From positions 25,587-89,586 of the forward strand of contig JACPJO010000003.1 of the NCBI GenBank assembly GCA_016187485.1: 64,000 nucleotides of DNA, written 5' to 3'. Made by a program: the position numbers and the translations under genes. Numbering within the stretch: position 1 is the stretch's first letter; the number at the start of each line of letters is the position of its first letter. Of this stretch, positions 58,138-64,000 are shown piece after piece. The DNA is from Candidatus Uhrbacteria bacterium. Its GTDB lineage: Bacteria; Patescibacteriota; Patescibacteriia; UBA9934; UBA10169. The notes below the pieces were generated by a model. It saw only the letters and a program-made list of their open reading frames with translations. It did no database searches and was not told where the DNA came from.

Positions 58138-58986
58138 ATGCCTGTTAAGAAAAAGGACCTTCGGGTCGACTCCTACATGGAGTTCGTCGAGTTCGTTCCC
58201 GCCCCCCTTCGTCCATTGTACTGCGTCCTTCTGGCGCTCTCGCAGAGCATGGGCCAGGTGTACGAGTACCACAAGCTCCTGTCGGCCCACTGGCAGCTCG
58301 TGAAGGCTGACGTGATCCGTCTGAAGAAGGTCTGGAAGGACCTGAACGGTGGTGACCTCGGCCGTACCTTCTACAAGCTCCAGCTTCTCGAAGCCTCGCG
58401 AGCACTCCTTCTCCTGCAGTGGTCCGTAGACCCTCAGACAAATGTCTCTGGCTACTACATCGATCGTCTTGTCGAGGCGTTCGGAGGGAATCGATCAGAG
58501 GGGCGTTCTCCGTCTTCATCTTGCGTTCTGCTTGTAGAGGAGGCTGAGGGAGTGACGGGGGTGACGGAGGAGACCCTCTCCAGGTTTCAGAGCCCTGCCA
58601 TGTTTACCGTTGAGATGATCGAATGTCTGATGAACGCGAGTGTCGAGCTCCATCAATATCCGAATCGTGGATGGATGGTCGAAGTGTGCGCAGCAGATGC
58701 CTCGTTCCAGAGGCTCGATGCACATGTTGTCGACCGCTTCATCGATAAGGTTCCTAAGGAGTTTGTTCTGATTCAACGGCACAGCGGTACGCGGGGACGG
58801 TCTGCCGCAACGACTTCCTGCACGATGTGCATCACGGTACCCTGCAACCTGCCGCTCGAGGCGAGCTCATCGGTCACGATGGGCGAATGGATCGCACCCG
58901 ATGCGTTTCTCTCTGACCTCAAGGTAGCTCTGAATGCGGCGGGAGTCCCGGTCTCTGACATCAGGCGTCCCATCAAGGCTGCCTGA
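58138..58986 (+). CDS. Hypothetical protein A (distant paralog of 59717-60616)
   Basis: 282 aa; GAGGTG SD; shared blocks with protein B. Confidence 0.7.
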   Translation: MPVKKKDLRVDSYMEFVEFVPAPLRPLYCVLLALSQSMGQVYEYHKLLSAHWQLVKADVIRLKKVWKDLNGGDLGRTFYKLQLLEASRALLLLQWSVDPQTNVSGYYIDRLVEAFGGNRSEGRSPSSSCVLLVEEAEGVTGVTEETLSRFQSPAMFTVEMIECLMNASVELHQYPNRGWMVEVCAADASFQRLDAHVVDRFIDKVPKEFVLIQRHSGTRGRSAATTSCTMCITVPCNLPLEASSSVTMGEWIAPDAFLSDLKVALNAAGVPVSDIRRPIKAA

Positions 58987-59077
58987 TCCACCAACCTCGC
59001 TCGCCTCTTGGGTGCCAACGCGCCTTCGGGCCGAGCCAACAATCTCAACCCAGTCGTCTGACTGGGTTTCGACTTTT
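58982..59077 (+). repeat. Conserved 3' double-hairpin element, copy 1
   Basis: GCTCG..GGTGC-CAAC-GCGCC..GGGCCGAGC then AACCCAGTC-GTCT-GACTGGGTTTCGA; homologous to 60612-60700. Confidence 0.8.
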
Positions 59078-59141
59078 ACAACCACAACCACCCCCGTGGA
59101 GACGAAGGTGGAGTGGTGTTCCCGGATCTTGCCTCTGTGGC

Positions 59142-59217
59142 TGGTGGAACTGACCGGATTCGAACCGGCAACTCTAGGTGTCGACGCTAGTGAGGTTACC
59201 ATTACCTCTACAGTCCC
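59142..59217 (-). tRNA. Atypical tRNA-like RNA (nominal anticodon CGA, no long variable arm)
   Basis: GGGACTG acceptor, GAGG/CCTC D stem, GGTTCGAATCC T arm, ACCA end; C31.C39 mismatch, G32, C37. Confidence 0.65.
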
Positions 59218-59393
59218 ACGGATCCGGGGTGAAACAAATACAACTCACCAGGGGAGAGTTGTATTTGAGACACCTAGATAGAGGAAATACCTCACTAGCT
59301 TAGGTGCATTCCACCACAGAATTGTCTCTTTGTCAATGGCATTTTGTGGATTATTCCTCTTTGCCACGGTGCCACTTTGCAACTCTTTCGAGG

Positions 59394-59435
59394 TTTCTCT
59401 CTAAGTTGTCTCTTAGAGATCACTAAGAGAGAATT
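59394..59435. repeat. 42-bp perfect direct repeat, copy 1
   Basis: TTTCTCTCTAAGTTGTCTCTTAGAGATCACTAAGAGAGAATT, identical to 60859-60900. Confidence 0.9.
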
Positions 59436-59454
59436 TATGTCGACACTCCGGTTA

Positions 59455-59716
59455 TTGACACCTCTCTCCGATAGTGCTCAAATAGCCGCATCCTGCCTTG
59501 TCAGCGGGACTCATACGAGGACGTATGATGCTATCCGGCCTCTCTCAATCATGGGAGAAAACGTTGCGGGGACGCAGCGGGTCGGCGAAACAACATCCCA
59601 GGCAAATCCGTCGGGAGACGGATGGGACATTTCCAAGCCGGATGTGGTCAGTCGGTTTGGTTCTGCGGGGACGCAGAGCGCCTTTGGCGGAATGGTTTCA
59701 CGACCTTGGACAAACC
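59455..59716 (+). promoter_or_regulatory. Promoter plus multi-hairpin leader RNA B
   Basis: TTGACA-17-TCAAAT; RGGA-loop hairpins at 59511-59528, 59563-59578, 59607-59622, 59661-59678. Confidence 0.65.
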
Positions 59717-60616
59717 ATGTCGACGTTCAGTGAGATTCTTGAGCACTTCAGGAAGCTTGGCTACAGGGATCCGAAGAAGCTCGCGCGGATCTGGCAGATG
59801 GCTGTGAGCGTGCGTGACGTTCGACGTCTGCACGACATCATGCCCGAGGGGGATCAGCTGCTCCGGCACGATCGGCGGCTTCTTGAGAAGGGTTGGGAGG
59901 ACTACACGAAGACGCGTCCCAAGCCGTGGCGTCGTTTCGATGATGACGTAGCGAAGGCAGAGCTCTCCGAATACGCATCCCTCTGTGCCCACCATCCCTA
60001 CTACGCTCGTACCATCGTCCACGCGCACATGCAGGAGAGGAAGGGGGCACCGCACCCGCGTCGATCGGAGTACTGGTCCGTAGGCGCACCTCGTCCGCAT
60101 CTCTCCATCGTTCAGCGGAGCCTCGAGCCCCACATCCTCTGCGATGCATTCACGGGATACCTTGCCGGCGTCCTGTGCCAGATCGCATGCCTCTACAATA
60201 GGCAGACCAGCCCCGCCGAGTTCCTCGTGGAGGTCACGATCGACGCATCGTGCCTTACGCACACTGCGTCAACGCTTCTCCTGCCGGTGCTGACCTGCGA
60301 GGACCACTGCTTAGATGCGGTCAACAATCGGTTGGAGTTCCGCTACATCATCTCCGCCGACAGCCTGGTCTCACACCTCAAGAAGGTGGAACGGCCTAGT
60401 GGTCGTGTTCACGTCGTGGCGGAGCCCGGGTTCGCTGCCGCGCTTGAAGGTGTTCTGCGGGAGAACGGCCTTCAGACCATCGAGCAGATCAAGCTCGTCC
60501 TGCCTGATCTCGTCCTGGCATCGGGGCATGAAATCGACGACAGGAGGAGTAGAGGAGCGTATTTCACGGTCGACTCCCGTGACCCGCACTGCGTCGTCAC
60601 CATGAATGTTTCCTGA
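59717..60616 (+). CDS. Hypothetical protein B (distant paralog of 58138-58986)
   Basis: 299 aa from ATG 59717; the upstream in-frame extension in the ORF track overlaps the structured leader. Confidence 0.7.
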   Translation: MSTFSEILEHFRKLGYRDPKKLARIWQMAVSVRDVRRLHDIMPEGDQLLRHDRRLLEKGWEDYTKTRPKPWRRFDDDVAKAELSEYASLCAHHPYYARTIVHAHMQERKGAPHPRRSEYWSVGAPRPHLSIVQRSLEPHILCDAFTGYLAGVLCQIACLYNRQTSPAEFLVEVTIDASCLTHTASTLLLPVLTCEDHCLDAVNNRLEFRYIISADSLVSHLKKVERPSGRVHVVAEPGFAAALEGVLRENGLQTIEQIKLVLPDLVLASGHEIDDRRSRGAYFTVDSRDPHCVVTMNVS

Positions 60617-60700
60617 CCTCACCATCTTGCTCGGCTCGGGGGTGCCAACGCGCCTCCGGGCCGAGCCCATCAACCCAGTCATCTGACTGGGTTTCGAATT
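60612..60700 (+). repeat. Conserved 3' double-hairpin element, copy 2
   Basis: GCTCGGCTCGGGGGTGC-CAAC-GCGCCTCCGGGCCGAGC then AACCCAGTC-ATCT-GACTGGGTTTCGA. Confidence 0.8.
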
Positions 60701-60858
60701 CCTGACTTCTCTTTGGGCCGCCTCTTCGTGGCGACATAGGAGTCGATGAGTAATATCAACCTCAGTCGTGATCTTCATGTAAGGACCGATCGGCCCTTGC
60801 GTGAAGACCGGTGCCTATAAGACTTTCTGCAAGGCCGTGTTTCTACGACGGAATTGAA

Positions 60859-60900
60859 TTTCTCTCTAAGTTGTCTCTTAGAGATCACTAAGAGAGAATT
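60859..60900. repeat. 42-bp perfect direct repeat, copy 2
   Basis: Identical to 59394-59435. Confidence 0.9.
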
Positions 60901-60967
60901 GGTATCCAATACGCTTAGTACTGGACAACTCCCGCCGGGAGGCCCGATGTGGTACGCTTTGGCCGGT

Positions 60968-63900
60968 ATGCCAAGCCCGTTCGTCCACCTCCATGTGCAC
61001 AGTCATTACTCTCTTTTGGAGGCTCTTCCGAAAGTGAAGGAACTGGTAAAGTTTTGTGATGCGCAAAACATGGACGCCATGGCGCTTACAGACAATGGGG
61101 TACTCTATGGGGCCATTGAGTTTTATCAAAAAATGACAGAGGCCGGGAAGAAGCCCCTTATCGGCATGGACGTCTATCTGGCGCCTTACGGCCGTACACA
61201 AAAGCGCGCGCGTATTGATACGCGGCCGTGGCGGCTCGTGCTTCTTGCGGAAAATGAAACAGGGTACCGAAACCTCATGAAACTTTCCTCACAAGGTTTC
61301 CTCGAGGGATTTTATTATAAACCACGTCTCGATGACGAGTTGCTTGCGAGCATGAAGGAGGGTCTCATCTGCCTCTCCGGCGGCTATCACAGCGAGCTTG
61401 CCACGTTGGCGCGGCAAGGAGCTGATCGTACCAAGCTCCGAGAAGTTGCAGAGCGGTACAGAGACATGTTCGGGCCAGAGCACTTTTATCTTGAACTTGT
61501 GGATCGGCCCGAGCTGGCCGAACAGCGCACGGTGAACAGCCTTCTTGTGGAAATAGGGAAGGAGTGTGGGATCCCGCTTGTGGTGACGCGCGACGCCTAT
61601 TATCTTGCCCGCGGCGACCAAGAGGCTTGGCGCGTGCAATCGTGTATTCAAGGGAGTCGGACACTCGAGGAAGTCGAGCGCGGCACGCAGAATGATTTTG
61701 ACGCCTCGCTTTCTGATGCAGAGGGGATTGCCGCCCGTTTTGCGGATCTCCCGGAAGCCATTGAAAACACGCGCCGCATCGCCGACCGGTGTAATCTCAC
61801 GCTTGATCTTGGCAAGTGGAATTTCGCCAACATTGATATTCCTGCAGGGAAGACAGCCATTGAATTTTTGCGCGAACGCGCGTATGCCGAGCTCGCACAA
61901 AAAGTTCCTGAAATTACAGAGGAGATGCAAAAGCGTTTGGACTATGAACTCGGCGTCATTGACTTCAAGGCTTTTGCGCCATACTTCTTGATCGTCTCTG
62001 ACTATATTCAGTATGCGCGGCGCAACGGCATCGTGACCACGACGCGCGGCTCGGCGGCCGGGTCCCTCGTAAGTTACGCCATCGGCATTTCTACCGTAGA
62101 TCCGCTCCGCTACCGTCTTCCATTTGAGCGCTTTTTGAATCCCGAGCGTCCCTCCGCCCCCGATGTGGACGGAGACTTTGCGGACAACCGGCGTGATGAA
62201 ATGCTGGCATACGTGACGGAGAAATACGGTGCCGATAAAGTGGCGCAGATTTGTACGTTTGGCACGATGTTGGCGCGCGGAAGTGTCCGCGATGTTGGTC
62301 GTGCGCTCGGTTTTTCCTATGGATTTGTAGATGGAGTCGCCAAACTTGTGCCGATGGGAAGCCAGGGATTTCCTATGACGCTTGAGCGCGCGCTTGGAGA
62401 AAGCCCGGACTTAAAAAAGCGCTACGACACGGAGCCGGATGTCCGGCGCGTGATTGACGTAGCACGCCGTATTGAGGGCCGGGCGCGGCATGTCTCCATT
62501 CACGCCGCCGGCACCGTTATTGCGCCTACCCCTCTTGTAAACTTTACGCCGCTCCAGCGCGATACGCGTGAGGGGAAAGTGATCACGCAGTACGAAATGA
62601 AATCTGTCGAAGCCGCCGGGCTTCTCAAGATGGATTTTCTTGGCATCCGCAACCTCTCCATTCTTGGAGATGCGGTCAAGTTGGTGCGCAAGCTTAAGGG
62701 AGTCGAGATTGAACTTGAGAAAATTCCTGTGGATGACGGGAAGACTTTTTCCCTATTAGCACGCGGGGAAACGATGGGGCTGTTTCAGTTGAATGGGGAT
62801 GGCATGACGAAGTATCTCATGGAGCTTAAGCCGGAACGTATTGAAGACATCATGGCGATGGTGGCCTTGTATCGTCCGGGGCCTATTGAATCTATTCCCG
62901 AGTACATCCGCCGCAAGCACAATGCGTCTCTTATCCAGTATCTGGATCCGCGCATGGAAAGTATCCTCGATATGTCGTATGGCGTTATTGTCTATCAGGA
63001 TGACGTGATGCTTATTGCCATTCACCTCGCGGGCTATTCGTGGCTTGAAGCCGACAAATTGCGCAAAGCGATGGGGAAGAAAATTCCCGAAGAGATGGCC
63101 AAGCAGAAAGAGAAGCTGCTTGAAGGATTCGTGGCGCATGGACTGTCGGCCAAAAAAGCGCACGAGCTGTGGTTGCTTATTGAGCCGTTTGCGGCATATG
63201 GATTCAACAAGGCGCATGCCGCGTCCTACGGGATGGTGGCGTACCAGACAGCGTACATGAAGGCGAATTACCCGGCGGAGTACATGACAGCGCTCATGAC
63301 GGCAGAGGCTTCCGACTTGGATAAGATCGCCGCGGCTGTTACGGAATGCCGCCGCATGGGCATGGATGTGTTGGGCCCCGATGTGAATATTTCATTTAGA
63401 GATTTCACTTACGTGGACGATAAAACAATCCGCTTTGGGCTTTTGGTCGTGAAGAATCTTGGTGTAGAAGTGGTGAATACTATTGTGGAGGAACGAAAGA
63501 CGCACGGGACGTTTACTGATCTTGCGGATTTTGCCGCTCGTGTGACGCACCGCGCGTTTAATAAAAAATCTCTGGAGGCTCTTATCAAGGCGGGAGCACT
63601 AGATGTTTTCGGGGAGCGCCGGCAGATGCTCGAAAACGTGGATCAAATCCTTGCGTACAACAAACATGTTCAAAAAGCGCGTGAACAAAAACAAACGTCG
63701 TTCTTTGACCTCTCGCCCTCTGCCACCGGCGAACGTCTCTCCCTCTCGCCTGCTCCTGCGGCAAGCCGTTTTGAACGATTGGCATGGGAGAAAGAACTTC
63801 TCGGCTTGTATGTAAGTGCGCATCCGTGGTCGGAAGTCCTCCCACACGTCTCGAAGTATGTTGTGTCGATCGCCGACGCTATAGGGCAGAAGCCGGATAC

Positions 63901-64000
63901 GTTCGCACGCGTAGGGGGGATGCTCTCGGATCTTTCCGTGATTACTACAAAAAAAGGGGACCAGATGGCCTTTGCGCGGCTCGGTGACGGAAGAGCCCAG
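60968..64000 (+). CDS. dnaE: DNA polymerase III alpha subunit (runs off window end; not in ORF track)
   Basis: FVHLHVHSHYSLL (PHP), RGSAAGSLV, FERFLNPER..PDVDGDF, KMDFLG, YGFNKAHA. Confidence 0.96.
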   Translation, partial: MPSPFVHLHVHSHYSLLEALPKVKELVKFCDAQNMDAMALTDNGVLYGAIEFYQKMTEAGKKPLIGMDVYLAPYGRTQKRARIDTRPWRLVLLAENETGYRNLMKLSSQGFLEGFYYKPRLDDELLASMKEGLICLSGGYHSELATLARQGADRTKLREVAERYRDMFGPEHFYLELVDRPELAEQRTVNSLLVEIGKECGIPLVVTRDAYYLARGDQEAWRVQSCIQGSRTLEEVERGTQNDFDASLSDAEGIAARFADLPEAIENTRRIADRCNLTLDLGKWNFANIDIPAGKTAIEFLRERAYAELAQKVPEITEEMQKRLDYELGVIDFKAFAPYFLIVSDYIQYARRNGIVTTTRGSAAGSLVSYAIGISTVDPLRYRLPFERFLNPERPSAPDVDGDFADNRRDEMLAYVTEKYGADKVAQICTFGTMLARGSVRDVGRALGFSYGFVDGVAKLVPMGSQGFPMTLERALGESPDLKKRYDTEPDVRRVIDVARRIEGRARHVSIHAAGTVIAPTPLVNFTPLQRDTREGKVITQYEMKSVEAAGLLKMDFLGIRNLSILGDAVKLVRKLKGVEIELEKIPVDDGKTFSLLARGETMGLFQLNGDGMTKYLMELKPERIEDIMAMVALYRPGPIESIPEYIRRKHNASLIQYLDPRMESILDMSYGVIVYQDDVMLIAIHLAGYSWLEADKLRKAMGKKIPEEMAKQKEKLLEGFVAHGLSAKKAHELWLLIEPFAAYGFNKAHAASYGMVAYQTAYMKANYPAEYMTALMTAEASDLDKIAAAVTECRRMGMDVLGPDVNISFRDFTYVDDKTIRFGLLVVKNLGVEVVNTIVEERKTHGTFTDLADFAARVTHRAFNKKSLEALIKAGALDVFGERRQMLENVDQILAYNKHVQKAREQKQTSFFDLSPSATGERLSLSPAPAASRFERLAWEKELLGLYVSAHPWSEVLPHVSKYVVSIADAIGQKPDTFARVGGMLSDLSVITTKKGDQMAFARLGDGRAQ

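Noticed and set aside
59121-59228. Y RNA (YrlA) or tmRNA identity for the tRNA-like element
   Set aside because: The cloverleaf is not permuted, there is no tag ORF or G3.U70 pair, and no Ro60/TROVE gene is in the window.
59596-59680. c-di-GMP-I riboswitch resemblance (GGCAAA-stem-GNRA-stem-GGGAC)
   Set aside because: The expected GACGCAAAG junction and the following P3 arm are absent. The GGGA hairpin is better explained as one of four repeated loops in leader B.
57781-60900. CRISPR array or integron attC cassettes
   Set aside because: Repeats occur only in pairs, lack regular spacers and clear attC core sites, and no cas or intI gene is present.

Overview
Bacterial chromosomal segment, most consistent with a Patescibacteria/CPR genome. 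This placement is an inference from the TrbL-PrgI-VirB4 cluster, a pilin-3D fusion and tRNA-Arg(GCG). Core genes (recG, radA, clpC, htpX, lemA, pheST, dnaE, livKHMGF, comF, four canonical tRNAs) are interleaved with GC-richer accessory genes that carry their own SD sites and a distinctive hairpin+TTTCG terminator. Five regions stand out. (1) At 57.9-60.9 kb, two divergent paralogous ORFans are each preceded by an identical-type promoter and a colinear ~200-nt seven-hairpin leader. Four signature loops in each leader switch together (NCU vs RGGA). Each gene is followed by a conserved 3' RNA element, an atypical tRNA-like RNA lies between the two, and 42-bp direct repeats flank the second unit. 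(2) At 1.3-9.9 kb is a tryptophan-centred cluster: tRNA-Trp, DMT transporter, S9 peptidase, PLP decarboxylase, TDO coupled to trpS, and a Trp T-box controlling a lone divergent trpD-like gene. (3) An uncalled LysW-like carrier protein lies between an NlpC/P60 plus variant MurD pair and a PLP enzyme plus ATP-grasp pair. (4) A GIY-YIG gene is bracketed by a duplicated tRNA-Ser 5' end. (5) An orphan ~215-nt ncRNA candidate lies at 51.8-52.0 kb. All calls come from manual motif reading; no database searches were run.
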